Source: Haliotis rufescens (Eukaryota). Taken from it: DNA of 64,000 nucleotides. The stretch is taken from assembly GCF_023055435.1 (NCBI RefSeq), contig NW_025964372.1, forward strand, positions 5,332,001 through 5,396,000, written 5' to 3'. Position 1 is the first letter of the stretch. Each line of letters begins with the position of its first letter. The notes beneath the pieces are model-generated. The model had not been told where the DNA came from, searched no databases, and worked only from the letters and a program-made list of their open reading frames with translations. Shown in pieces: positions 48,815-62,725 of the stretch. Position numbers and translations under genes: made by a program.

Positions 48815-50956
48815 ATGGATCGACAACATACAGTCATGTTTGTGATGTTTATTGCTGTTGTAATAATTTTACTTGATGATTCTGCTTTGGCCTTGTCATC
48901 GACAGAAAAGAACAGCGTGAAGTAAGTCATTATGGTTATGAAAATATTCGTAACGATTTAAGAAGTCATTACCATTATGTAATGTGATATTGCGTGATTT
49001 AAAATGAAATACGCACATGTATCAACTTATCGTGAACTAGAACAGTGCCTCCACATACAGATTAAATGTGATACAATAGTTAACATGTTTTTGATTAAAA
49101 TTGAAAAAAGTGGCAAATATACTATTTTGTCATAAGGTAGGCATGTAACTATACATGGTTCTTGTCTTCAAAGACTGTGTACAAACAGTGGAAATATTGG
49201 TAAACTAGTTTCATGATGACGAGAGCCATGGCTAGTCATCGATATAACTCAAGCATGTTTTGTAGTTATCATGGTCATGTAAACTCAAGAGGTGCCATGG
49301 ATCATGATGGATTGAGGAACAGGTGCCTCATAACATTTTTTCCAAAAGGGGGTTTGGAGTTATTAGAAGAGGACTGGGGTACTTAGGCCGAAAGTAATAG
49401 AATTTTGTCAACACATCTCATGATTATGACTTACGCACAACCTACATCTATATATTACAATATGCTTACAATAGTCATTGTATTAGTACCAGGTCCAATT
49501 AGTGCCTTCTAACAGTGTATGACCAACCACCAGACCAACTGAGAGTAACCTTATAAGGCAAAACCAAGTTATTTACTTTTCTTATGGAACCTGTCAGTCA
49601 AGTTTTTCCCTTTCCCAAATTTCATGATTTTACCATATTCACCATTATTAAAAATTGAAGGTTTCGCTCGTTAAAACCATTCGCAGTCAGTTTTGTGATT
49701 TGCAAGCAGTAATGATTATGTGTTCATTTTGGGAAAATATCTCAATGTATGCGTATATAATCATGATAATATGCACCCCTTATACAGCATGTATATTTCT
49801 ACATATTTGTATTTTCTGTAAAACCCCTTTTGGGATTCAGGTTTAGAATAGGTCTTCAGCAACCGGCCTACCTTTAGAATACATTACCACAAACATTTTA
49901 AGCAATCAACAATACCCTATGAAGTAATTTGTAGTATTTAGTAGCCATTCACACCAGCGAAACAATGCCCTGCGACGTCAGGGGTCATCGAATGTGCATC
50001 CCAGTGATCTATCATAGCTGTATACAATATCATTGAATACGCCCAACGATGTTGAGAGTTTTGAATATTTGTTTACTAAATAAAGCCTGCAGTGGCACAT
50101 TTTATAGCAAGCACTAGTTTTATTCAATATATTTTTTATTTCTTTTTTTGTTAATAATTCAAGTGGCTAAAATGGCTGTAATGGGAACTAATATACATAT
50201 ATTATTTTTTCAGTTTATTCATTTTCATTATTGTGCACAAGAATGCAATTTATTAGGTATATTTTATTGGCACTGAACACATCCAAATGTCGCTGGTGTT
50301 AGCATGTTTAATCAAGGTGCTCACCTGATCGGATCCACTTCATGAAGTAAGACCCATTTTATCACAATATCGATCTTCATTATCGATCAGATTGTCTTGA
50401 CCAGGCGCAGCAATTTTATTTGAAGTCAGTGCAAGTGAAATGAGAGATGGAATCTGATCACTTGGAGGGACATAATCTGAAATAGCCACTGGTGGCGCTA
50501 CAATCCAGCCACAAAATTCCAGCCTATTTCAGCAAGGGTGGAAACTGGACTTTGTCAGTCAGTTAACTCCCTTGCCTCGGGAAGATGACCTGCCTGTAGA
50601 ACAGCGTTAGAAATTGGCACTAGTCCTGTAGTCCTTACCAAACTGCCCAATGGTAAAGGTATACTAAGGACTAGTAGAAATTGCCCTGGTTTAAGGGTTT
50701 TGCTATATGTTATCATTGTAAGGACTAGTAGACAAAAACTGTTAGATTCTAACCCTGTAGAACATGGCAGAATGTTTAGCATGTAGAGGGAATTTGCCTT
50801 CCTGTCAGTTAAGTTCATAATTTGTTGTCATGATCATTAAGATTTAATTCTGTAAACATGGTAAATGTTCGTATTTGCATGATTTATGATTACATTTTCT
50901 TCTCTTGCAGATTAAAAGTATTAGAGATGTTCGACCATGCTTATGGCTCTTATATG
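48815..50956 (+). CDS. EDEM3: ER degradation-enhancing alpha-mannosidase-like protein 3, partial: exon 1 48815-48921, exon 2 50911-50956
   Basis: Spliced (phase 2, GT-AG) to [51 protein letters not shown]: a signal peptide then the GH47 start, close to recalled human EDEM3 [25 protein letters not shown]. The next exon (..AYPADEL) was not found in the window. Confidence 0.85.
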
Positions 50957-51424
50957 GTAAGTACTAATCTTTTTGCATCCCTTAACATTTGTTGTCATTA
51001 ATCAACCAAATAATCCAGAGCAGACCTTTATCACTATATAGGCACATAGGTCATGTAGGAGTCGGCTTGGAGTCAGTATACCATGGATACTGTGTCTGAG
51101 TGGGAGTCCATGTTAAACTGCAGCATGGTGTCTCGTTGGGTTAGCACTATCAAACAGGTGTTAGCATGGTTAGTTCGGACAAGTACAAGCGGACACTCAT
51201 GTGCAATAATCATGATAATCTTAAACGCAACATTAAAAATTAATGTCCTGAAAAAAGCAGATCAAAGGTTATCGACTTCACTGGATGTAAGCATCTACCA
51301 TTAGTCTGCCATTTATAGTGATTCCCTTGTACTGAATTCAGCCATGATAACCATAATGTTCATGGCTGTGGTATAGTGGTAGGGCATCTGTCTGCAAAGT
51401 GGATGTTCGATCCCCAGCCACTAC

Positions 51425-51915
51425 TGCCTCCGTGGTCTAGTGGTAGAGCGTCTGCCTGGAAAGTGGATGTTCGATCCCCAGCCATGCCATATCAAAGATG
51501 TTAAAAAGATGGTACTTGTTGTTACCCTGCCTGGTGTTTGGCATTGGGGGCTAAAACGAGGACTGGTCAGCTTGGAGTCGGTATAATGTGAGTGAGTGGG
51601 GTATTCATGTTAAACTGTCATGGTGGGCTATGGGGCGGTCGGGTAGCCTAGTGGTTAAAGGGTTCGCTCGTCTCGCAGATGACCCGGGTTCGATTCCCGA
51701 CATGGGTACAATGTGGAAAGCCCATTTCTGGTGTCCCCTGCGCTGATATTGTTGGAATATTGCTAAAAGCGGCATAAAACCATACTCACTCACTCATGGT
51801 GGGCTAGAACTATGAAATGGGCTAGTACAAGCAGCCACATACACACACTCACACGTGCATGCTCCCTATATAAGTGCAGTGATCTTGGACACAACGTCAA
51901 ACCTCATTTCACTTC
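51425..51915 (+). mobile_element. Family D SINE interrupted by a family B SINE (51631-51793)
   Basis: The B copy is flanked by TSD TCATGGTGGGCTA; the D body and tail resume after it; a partial D head is duplicated just upstream. Confidence 0.88.
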
Positions 51916-52242
51916 ATCATAATGTTCATGGGTATAAAGTTAGTGTGTTCCTGTCAGTGTGTAAAATAATTGTTCAACAGTAGTAGCCAGCCGGGCTAGC
52001 AAATAATATTTTACCAGCCAATTTTAGACTCGAGTAGCCAGGTATTTTTACACTACCAAATACAAGGTGAAATCTGGTCATGCTTGTAGCAGAATTTTTT
52101 TTATTCAATTTTACGTGTTCATCAAGGTTAGAACTTCAATCTGAGTGTTTATCAAACAGGTTTCTGTAAGTGTCAGAACTAGTAGCAAGCGACCATAACA
52201 AGCGCATAGAATGGTACAGTAAATCCCTGATGTCAGAAATCA

Positions 52243-52484
52243 GTGAAGATTCGGGTTAGAATGTACAACAACCTATGCTTGTCGTAAGAGGTGACTAACA
52301 GGATCAGGTGGTCAGGCTTGCTGACTTAGTTGATGCTTGTCATGATATCGCAATTGCGTAGATTGATGCTCATGATGTCAATCTAGATTGTCTGGTCCAG
52401 ATTTGATTATTTAGTTACAGACTGTCGTCATATCATGCATAGAGCTTAGATATTGCTACGTGTGGTGTTAAACAACAAACAAAC
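52243..52484 (+). mobile_element. Family C copy
   Basis: Body and (AAAC)n tail. Confidence 0.83.
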
Positions 52485-53457
52485 AGTTTATAAATAAGTC
52501 TTTTAAAATCTTACCAATTTGTTTGGAAATTTATATTTGACAGCTGAATAACATTATTGTCAGGATTTTATCACAGTAGAGAGAAAATGACAGTAGAGAG
52601 AAAATGAAGCTACCCACTCGTGGCTAATTAGATTTTATTTTTAGATAAAAAAGAAAGTTGCCACAGGCTACCAGGCAGGTACTTGTTTCGCACACTGGTT
52701 CATAGGATAAAAGGCTATAGGATTAGGAGCAAACATCCACATGCCCAAGGACCCTGCGACATCCATTAATTTTGCAAAAGTTTCCACGCTCATGTCAGAC
52801 TTGTTTAGGATTTAATGTAAGTGCCTGTGTCAGGCAAATTTGGGAAAAAGTCATTATTTTGTTTAAAGTTAAATTCTGAGGTTTTCGCATTAATTCAGTG
52901 CAATAATGTTGAAATAAGCATGAAACAATAATCTTTAATAATGACTTGTAGAGCGTAACAGAAGCCCTCAATAATGAGGTGTTTCTTCATCTTCAGTGGT
53001 GATGTTATATGAGCATGTGTCACATTGGTAGAACAGGGTCAAACACAATGGGACAAACACTATGATTGCAGCAACCATCATGTAATTCAACCTTTTTCTT
53101 CATGTGGGGAATCCAACTCAGGTCTTTGGTATGACAAACGAACACTTTAACCACTAGGCTATCCCACTGCCCCCTGCAATGATCAGGACGGTGGGGTAGC
53201 CAAGTGGTTAAAACTTTTTGCTCATCTGGCCTGGGTTTGATTCCTCACGTGGGTACAAGGTGTGAACAGTATGTGAAATAATTGGGAATGTATTGCTAAG
53301 TCAATGTTTTCCTTGTTGTTGTATGAGAGTGCCAGTGACATGGTTAAGATTGTATAGGTACAGTAAAAAAAGGTTCCTGGTGCCTGATAGTGGTGTAATG
53401 ACACAGCGATAAAGTATTGTATTGTTATACGAGGCCCATGGTACAACATGACAATAG

Positions 53458-53819
53458 GCCGCCTCCGTGGTCTAGTGGTAGAGTGTCCGCCCGGAGAGCG
53501 AAGGTCCGGGGTTTCAATCCCCGACCGCGTCATACCAAAAGACATTAAAAAATGGTACTTGTTGTTACCCTGTCTGGCACTAGGCATTAAGGGGCTAAAA
53601 CAAGGACTGGTCGGCTCGGAGTCAGTATACTGTGTCTGAGTGGGGTATTCATGTTAAACTGCGGCATGGTATATCAGTGAGCTAGCACTATAAATCGGCA
53701 TCAGTCCGGACTAGGACAAGCAGCCACACAAACACACACACGTACATGCACGTACATGCACGTCGCTATATAAGTGCAATAATCTTGGACGCGACGTTAA
53801 ACCCCATTTCACCTCACCC
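53458..53819 (+). mobile_element. Family D tRNA-derived SINE, full length; core resembles the Meta/MESC domain
   Basis: A box TGGTCTAGTGG, B-box-like GTTTCAATCC, then GTCATACCAAAAGACATTAAAAAATGGTACTTG..CCCTG..TGGCAC, recalled as Meta-domain-like (not verified by search). Confidence 0.85.
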
Positions 53820-54284
53820 ATCATACAATACATCAATTTACAACTCATGTATATCGATACATATACTACATTACATTACATTACGCTACAAGTGACACTG
53901 GTGTAAAAACACATGAACAATAACAGAAACTGTTCAACAACCAGCTTAGTTCTGCAGATTCTCTAGTATTTCCCAGCAGGCTAATATCAGCATAACATTC
54001 ACAATGATTCACATGCAGTACCCTCTGTGTTTCTGACCCACGATGACCCATCTCGGTCTCTGAAATTTAAACATAACTGATTCAGTGTTGTGATTCAACT
54101 TCAAGAAGAAAGAATATCAACTAATGAAATAAAAGTACTGTGTGCAAATATTTAGAATGAATATACAAACATGCTTTACATACTTAGTGCTTGGAATAAT
54201 TAATAAAATAAGCCCCAGGATTCTAATTGACTATGATGTTTTCAGTCTCAATGAAACTGACTGATTACAACCGCTTAATATCTA

Positions 54285-54631
54285 CAAGGTTCATACAGGC
54301 TTGAAAAGGCCTTCATATTTAAGGTCCTTCTCGAACATCTTGAATAGCCTTCATTTTTAGGGTCAATCTTGAAAAGCTTTGAAATGAAAATCTCCAGAAT
54401 AGCTTGAAAAGCCTTGAATTTGTATGAATAACATATACTTGTTTTTAAAGTATCAAATTTCATGGCTTAATTTATTTCATTTGTTGGTTGTGAAAATAAA
54501 TCTTGTTGGGAAATTTGTGATGTTTATAAAGGCATTACTGCTTCTTTGGTCTCACGAATAAGATGATGGTCATGATGGTGGAAGCCTTGAAAAAACCTTG
54601 AATTTTAGTCTCTCAATCTGTTTGAATCTTG
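54285..54631. mobile_element. Non-autonomous DNA element rich in CCTTGAA motifs (second copy ~59056-59489)
   Basis: Ends CAAGGTTCATAC / GT.TGAA.CTTG form short TIRs; two related copies. Confidence 0.65.
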
Positions 54632-57502
54632 ACCTTGTTCATGGTGATGACCTTCAACAGGCATGAATGGGGATCAAATGTTTTCTTGTTGTTGCACTCT
54701 TACATTCCAAATGGTATACCTTAACTTCTTTGTAATGGTTGCCGATGATGATGGTGCCTGGCTTGCCTGGCTTGTTAGAACAAGTCTGCAGAAAATGTCA
54801 TTAAAAACTTACAAATTCATGTTAATATGGATAAACATGATAAATAATATCTTATTTTCTAATGTAATGGCTTTTTGGAGATAACCTGTATTTAACGGGA
54901 CCGGTATATAGCATGATATAGAATGAGGTTTTTATCATGTTTATGCTTAGTTATATAAAGGTAGATTGTCAATCTATGTATTATTGTTGCTCTATGTATC
55001 CTATGAGGCCGAAGGATACAGGGCTCAATTAAAAATACTTTGTGTTTTTACAGCTATGTATTCCTGTGGGTTAATGAAGTTATTCTTTAAATTATCCGAT
55101 AATATGATTGATTGATCATTGATGATATAAGCTCCATGGGCAAGTGAAGGTTTGACATGCAATTACCTATCTGTGAAGTGGCCAAAAAATTATGTCTAGA
55201 TATCCGTACATGTTATATACCAAGTATTGATAATATTTTACTTGTATATGACCAGATTTAATTCATAAATAATCATGATAATCAACTATCTATTCTATAT
55301 ACCAATATTAGCCACAATATTTGTCTTTGTGTCTAGGATTACTGTTAAACCCAGGAGTCCTAAGTTTTCTAAAATACACGGATTTAACCAAAATTCTAAA
55401 CTAAATGCCCTGGCAGCCAAATTGGGAAAAAATGTCATTTTGTTCAAAATCTGGAGGTATTGTAACATTGTACTTTGAGAGTTCATTCAACCCAATAAGG
55501 AATAATATCACTTTCGGTCAAAGATCATCTCAGATAAATGCAAACTGAAATAGAAAACGTATGACTGGTGGCATGACCATGTAACGATGTGTTCAATCCG
55601 ATCTTCTGGGTTGACGCAGTCTTGGTGCAATTTTTGTTAAAATATGACAAAGAAATATCAAGTGCATTTATCATGTTTATCCTGAGCCAACATCATCTCC
55701 CTTACTTTCATTAAAAAATAGTGTTTTTTCTGCCTGTTGTAGTCTGTAAATAGTCTTTCATATTTGGAAGTGCATTATGTTTTTACTACGATTTATAAAT
55801 TAAAGTGCCTCATTGTCGTTGTTGACCTTTCTGACCTAGACGTGTATTAATCTCATCAAATTAGATTGCCGATCTAGGATTAGCCAATCAATTTGCGTAA
55901 AAATCATCATATGATTCATTCTCGCGAAATATGAAAAAGTTTGATGTGTTGATATTTCTGTGCAGACGAGTCACGATGTCAGCTAAAATGCAAAGTAACC
56001 TGAGGTTTACTTTAAACTTTGACTTTGAAAGCCTGTGAGGAACTGTGGTTGTGTAACTTGTTATTTAGACTGCCGAATCAACCAATCACTCATAGTGTTG
56101 TTTCTGTAGACAGCGCTTGCTGGTCATATTTTGTTTTCATTTCTGAGCGTCTAATGGCGTAACTCTGAGGTATATTGACATTTTAGCTTAGTTTCTAATA
56201 AATCTGATAACCGATAAAGTCATGTATAACCATGATAACTGTGCCGGTCATATGAATTTAAGTTTGTACCTAGCTGTTATGACTGTCCATTTTTTTATAC
56301 AGTTTACAATGTTAAATCCTAGGGGTGAAACGTTACAGTGTGGTCATGATATGATCATGATGATGTGTCTTGCGATACGCATATTTACGTCCAATCTTGA
56401 CTATGAGTATTTCAGAGGTAAAGCTAGTTGTAGACGTGTTCGTAGCAGCTATTTTTATGAGTGAATTTGAAACCCTAATTACAACACATAACAACATATT
56501 TGACTGACAAAAACGCTGGGTGTCATTCAACGAGTAGTAAGTACATATAATGTATTTTTGCAAGTGTATCGTCTTGTATCATTACAGAAAACAACGTATC
56601 ATGTATCGTATCATAGTATAAAAACTCCCATTGCACCAGTGCAACGATGTATCATCTCAGCCCTATTACATCGTTCACCATATGGATTAAATTACCAGTT
56701 GGTTACTTGTCAAATGGTCAAAATGTTCAAATGTTGACAATGATAGTAATTAGTATATAGGAAATAAGAACTTTTGGCAACAAATGAAAGATTTTTTTTC
56801 TCAATTTGCCTGCAAGGCTCTTAGTTTGGGATCTTTGATAAGACATTCCCAGCACATAGGGGATGTAATGTCTGTATCAGCATGATCAGGGAGAATGAGT
56901 CACTCTACTGATGCACAGCGTGTCTTTGGTATATCATTTGGGAAAGTAGAAACATCTGATATTTTATCCTTTCATTGCCTAGAGCTGAGAAGCATCTTGT
57001 GTTATGAATGCCATCAATATTAGTTGTTCGAGTTGTGACAGCTGTGAGGGGACAGGAAACTTGGTACAGTTGCTTCTGATGGTCGATGTAGCATGATGTA
57101 GCATGATGTAGAGTTATTGCATCAGCTATTAACTTCAACAACTTAGATAAACTCATTCTCTGTGGTAGAAATTAACACCCTGAAATGTTTCCTTGTCTGA
57201 ATATTACTACGGCTTTTAAAAATATATTTCATGTTACTCATTTCCTCTAAAATTGCTCCAGTCCGTGGTCATATCAGGGCTCTTAAAATTTCTCAAACCA
57301 AACTTGTCCAGGGCAAGTAGATATTATTTTGTACGCGTCCTGCAATATTTTCTCTTGCTCTTTTAGATTTTATTAAGTTGCATGTTCTCAGTTATTTATA
57401 CCATTTTCTGGAATTAACCTTTATAAAGTAAAAATTCTCAAACATATTCAGTGATTTTGCATGATGTTGTGCAGACTGAAGTTAATTCCTAGCTTGTTCA
57501 TG

Positions 57503-57741
57503 TTCACAAGATTCCGGGGTAGAATAGGTCTTCAGCAACCCATACTTGCCGTAAAAGGCGACTAACGGGATCTGGTGGTCAGACTCGCTGACTTGGTTGA
57601 TACGTGTCATCGTATCCTAATTGCGTGGATCAATGCACATGATATCAATCACTGGATTGTCTGGTCCAGACTCTATTATTTTACAGACCGCCATCATATG
57701 GCTGGAACATTGCTGAGTGCGCCGTTAAACAACAAACAAAA
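57503..57741 (+). mobile_element. Family C copy
   Basis: Full body and tail. Confidence 0.88.
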
Positions 57742-60700
57742 ATCACAGTATTGAGCATATTTCCTACTTTCCCTTGACATTTTGATGTTTCATTTCTGAA
57801 CTGATCATCATTTAACCCAATCACTAGTCAAGACTTCGGATCTAATACTTGAGGATATTTATGACAGATAGTACAAAATAATTCACTGTCCCTGAATCCC
57901 TGTCCCTGCCACCTACATTCATTTCGCCAATTCACTTAAGACAAACATTATAAATATGATTAAATTCCTTTTAAAAACTTTCTGTTTATTTCTTTAACTG
58001 ACACTTGCCAAGGATGCCATCTATTAATGATATGAGTGACACGTACATCGTCATTATTTCTAAGGACTTGCGAGAGATAAGTACATATTATAGATTTGAC
58101 ATTATCTTGCAAACTGTACCTTTTTTTCTACCTTGCGCATTTTCTTTCCCCAAAACACAGCTGTCTTAAGAGGGATGCACATTATACACGCCATCATAAT
58201 TTTTTATGTTTTTCCCCCAACACAAAGACATTACCGTGAGCATGTAACAAGTGAAATACTATTCACAAATCTTTTCTGAAGTACGCAAATTGTAAATGTA
58301 ATTAGACTGTCTGGTTATAAAAAGTGTTCATTGTATATCTGGACTAATGTTTGTAACCTATTTAATTAATTTTATTCAAAATTTCATTCAGCCTGAATTT
58401 CAGGGAAAGGGTTTGTGATGTGATCAGTAGATCACACAACTCACTGTTATTTACAGCAACCATGCTCAGGTTACAAATATTGACATCTTGAAACAAATTT
58501 TATTTGACAGAGAATGGAAAAGTAAATCATAAATGACTTGTTAAAAGTCATATTTGTTGTACATGTTGTAGTTTGACTATTATATGTCAACATTAAGTTT
58601 TTATGATCGCGAGCACAAGAGCCTCGTTGATGAATGATTAAATTGTCCCATACGTAAAGAATTTCGGGCAATAGCATTCTCAGCTGTACAAAAGAGCTTC
58701 ACTTTTGATTATTATTTTATATATATGTATTTTATTGTATATATATTTTTTAAACGATATTGGAATATGTTATTCCTGATAAGTACTAAAAGGAATACAG
58801 TAATCAGCTTGTCTGTCTGTCCAGCCATCGCTCTGACAGGTATTCTTTCATGAAACTTTGCACACACAAAGACCAGGTTGTCAATGGTGGCTTTTGCTAT
58901 TTAGGGATTTATAGAATTTTTATTTTTTTCCGTTTCCATGGCAACAAGGTTGATTTTGACTCTGGTCAGACCACAAGATTAACTGGATGACTATTCACCA
59001 GTCAAGGTAACCAAGGTAACAGAAGGGAAACGTTTTGTGAAAATATTTATATCTACAGGTTTCATGTATAAGCTTGAAAAAGCCTTGAATTTTAAGGTCC
59101 CCCTTGAAGCCTTGATTTTTAGTGTCAGCGTTGAAAAGCCTTGAAAATCACCAAAATAGCTTGAAAAGCCTTGAACTTGTACAAAATGACATATATTTGT
59201 TAATCAAAGTATTAAAAGAAACAAAAATATGTACCAAAGATGTTTACGTGAAATTTATCACAATGATAGATTTAGGTGTCAATTTATTATATCTTGTTGG
59301 AAAATGGGTGATGGTCATACTGACTTTTAGGCCTTGTGACTAATATGTAGTGTACTGGATTTTATAAAATATTTGACAGACTAAGGCTAAAAAGACAACC
59401 ATAAACTACCTTGAAAATGACAGTTGGTAGCCTTGAAAAAGCTTTGAAAAGGCCTTGAAGTTTAGTCTCCCATATCTGTGTGAACCTTGATCTATATTTC
59501 TATTAAGCTGCAATATATATGATTTTGTAAGGTTAATAATATGAAAGGTGAGCTTCAGTTACTATTGAGATCTATAGTTGGAAATGCAACAGCATAAGCC
59601 TTGGACCAGTTGTGCGACATCCACAAGCTCATCCTCTATATCTCCTGGGCTCGCATTTCTGTAAACCTACACTAACCCCTGGACCAATCACCAAGGTTTT
59701 CTTGGCAAAAAAGGACACTTCAAACAAATATAAAGTTCCAATCCCAATTCCATGGTATTGTTTTGATAGCTCAATAACTACAGACATATGCAGACAGACA
59801 GATTAGATAGGAATACTCTTATTAAGTTGGACAGATCACTCTTGTACGAATTGCTGTAACAATCCGATGATTTGTTCTTTCAAATTTGTGGGCTGCATAC
59901 ATGCTGAATCCACCAACAGAGTTATGCTCACAGTCACAGTACTACTTTATGATTACCTCGGTCAATGGATCAGTGTGTACTCAAATTTCATTTTCACCTC
60001 CCTGCAGAGCATACCACCCAAGCTGTTTGTGAGGCGCTAGAAGGTTATAGTCAAGCTCATCCTACCTGGTACTCATTTAGTGATGGGTGAACAGATGCAT
60101 CTTTCAAACAAAGTCTTGCCTAAGGAGACACCACATGTAACGTGTTTACTGTGGGGCAGGACCGAAGAACTAGAAACTTTCAGGAGTCAAGATGTTGAAT
60201 GCGGTCACCCATCCACCTACTGTCCATGACCAATGTTGCTTAACTTTGCCTGATTTGTGTCCAGTACACAGGGCCTTTGCCACCACATAAATACCTTAGA
60301 CTAACGTCTACAGATGTGATACACAATGATAGGTTCGGGTTAGTAGGCTCGTAGTTTTATCACAGAGTGTAATCCATATTAACGATCATACACAATATCC
60401 TCATTTGACATGCACCACCACATGCGACTGTTTAGATAAATATAAAATGAGTTTCATTGATGTTCCCTACACAGAACTCGGCATCACTGATCAGTGCCTC
60501 TGTTACCTAACACTGGCTCTCACTTTGTAGGTGCATTACAAAGTGATTAATGTTTCATAAGTGATTGCTGAAAATCCAGGCTGACCTGGACGTGGCAGCT
60601 CGCTGAAGTTGAATGTGACTGAAGAATGCAAGTCTGGGTTCATCAAAAACATGAAACATTAAAATTGTTTCCCGTTACTGATCAGCATGTCCATCTGTCC

Positions 60701-61558
60701 GTTTGTTTTTCATTTTCCATTTCCGGAGAAGAACTCCAAAACTGTTGAACACATCTTGTGGAGATTTGCTTTACAGATGAGTCTGTTTGTGAACTGTTGC
60801 CTTTGGATGATTTGGGATTTAAAGAAAACAAAATTATGATTATTTTTTTTATGACCATGAAGACGACAAGATTGACTTATGCTGAAATTGAGTGTAGTGC
60901 TCGCTTTGGAAACAAAACTCCAAAACTGTGGAGCATTTCTTGATTAAACTTGCTATACAGATCAGTCTAGTGGGGAACTTGTGTCTTTTGATGATTTGGG
61001 AAGTTGAAAAATAATGAACAGCATTATTTTTTTCTTGTGCTGAACTCAACGTACCAAATCATGAAATAGCAAATGGGGTATAAGTAGCCAAACTCCATTT
61101 CAGAGTTGCACCAGACCAGGGGTACGGTATATGTCATGTCCTGATGACTCTTGTTGAAAATTTAATTTTGTTTTTGAAAAATGGGTAGGTACGTCTATTA
61201 TGAATTTGATTTTATTTCGATTTCCCAACCATTTGAAACCAAATTCACCGTTGTATCATGATTAACAGCTAGAGAGTATGTTTATGTGACCTATTTCATG
61301 TTTATATGCCATTACTGGTCATCATAATGGGTTACTTAAAAAAGTGCAACTATGGAAAGGAAAATAACTTGAAAAATGGAAAGTAAGAACAAATTTGCAT
61401 TACCAAGAAATACAATAAAATCAGAGATTAGAAACAATTGTTTTTATGTGGCCTCAACATTGCTCAAAGAACCAGTTCAAAAGTTCAATAGGATAAAAAA
61501 CTAAATTCCTTAAACATGTTAAAGTCTTTGATAGGCATTTAGAATTTGGAAGAACATC

Positions 61559-61731
61559 AATACATGACACTTTTTATGGTTAACAACTTTTTTTATTCTT
61601 TGTCATAATGTTTCAGAGCTATTTCTTGCTGCTTAATCAGGTGAATATTCAGGTGACTAGCAAGAAGTAGCTCTGAAACATCGTGACAAAGAATAAAAAA
61701 TAGTTGTTATCCTTAAAAAGTGTCATGTATT
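61559..61731. repeat. ~70-bp-arm inverted repeat
   Basis: AATACATGACACTTTTTA...GTTTCAGAGCTATTTCTTGCT pairs with AGCAAGAAGTAGCTCTGAAAC...TAAAAAGTGTCATGTATT. Confidence 0.9.
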
Positions 61732-61949
61732 TAAATTCCTTAACCATGTTAACATGTTAAGTTTAGGACATGCATCTACACCGCTTCAATAAAACTTAAG
61801 TGTGGAATTTTTTATTTCCAGAAAATGTTAAGTGCTCTGATAACTTACGAAATATACAGATTGTTATTACACCATATACAAGTCTCGATTCTACTGATTC
61901 CACTTGACCGGGTGACATGACCCTTTGACGTGTGGACAGACTCCATCAT

Positions 61950-62215
61950 GTGTCCATGGTCCAGTGGATTATAGTGTCTGCCCGGAGAGGGGAGTTCGGT
62001 GGATCCATCCCCGTCTGCCTCATACTAAAAGACGTAAAAGATTATGTGTTTAGTTCCCCTGCCTGGTGCTCTAGATTACCATGGTTACCCAAGGACTGGT
62101 GGGCTCAGAGTCAGTATACTGTGTTTGAGAGGGATATCCATAATAGGCTGCGGCATGGTATCTCAGTGGGCTAGCACTTTCTAAACGGCATTAGTCCGAA
62201 TTTGTACAAGCACAT
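61950..62215 (+). mobile_element. Family D SINE, diverged
   Basis: Aligns to 53458-53720. Confidence 0.75.
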
Positions 62216-62519
62216 GTAAGTGCTCACACCACCATATGAGAGTATTAATGACATTTGTCATTGACATGTAAATGTGTAGATCTATGTTTCTATCAATATT
62301 TTATTGAACATCTATCAATATTTTATTAAAAAGCAAATACAATAAGCAAGGTTACAGCCAAAAAAACATAGGAACATACATTATTCAGCATTGTTCAGTG
62401 TTCAGAAATGCATGGTGGAAGACAAAGGTTCTGTTACTATGATCACTGTTAAGTTCACATTTATGTAGACATTGCCTGGAGTCATAATGCAGCAGAAATC
62501 CTTCTTTTCTTTGGTTCTA

Positions 62520-62725
62520 TTTTTTGTTTCATGCTGCACTCAGTAATATTCCAGCTAAATGACAGGGGTCTGTAAAAAAACGATCTGTATCGGACAATCC
62601 AGTGATTGATAACATGAGCATTGATCCACGTAATATGGATACGAAGACATGCATCAACAAAGTTAGCAAGCCTGACCACCCCGTTCCTCTTACAAGAATA
62701 GGTTGCTGCAGAAATCTGTGAGGGC
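62520..62725 (-). mobile_element. Family C copy, diverged
   Basis: Tail and body motifs. Confidence 0.75.
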
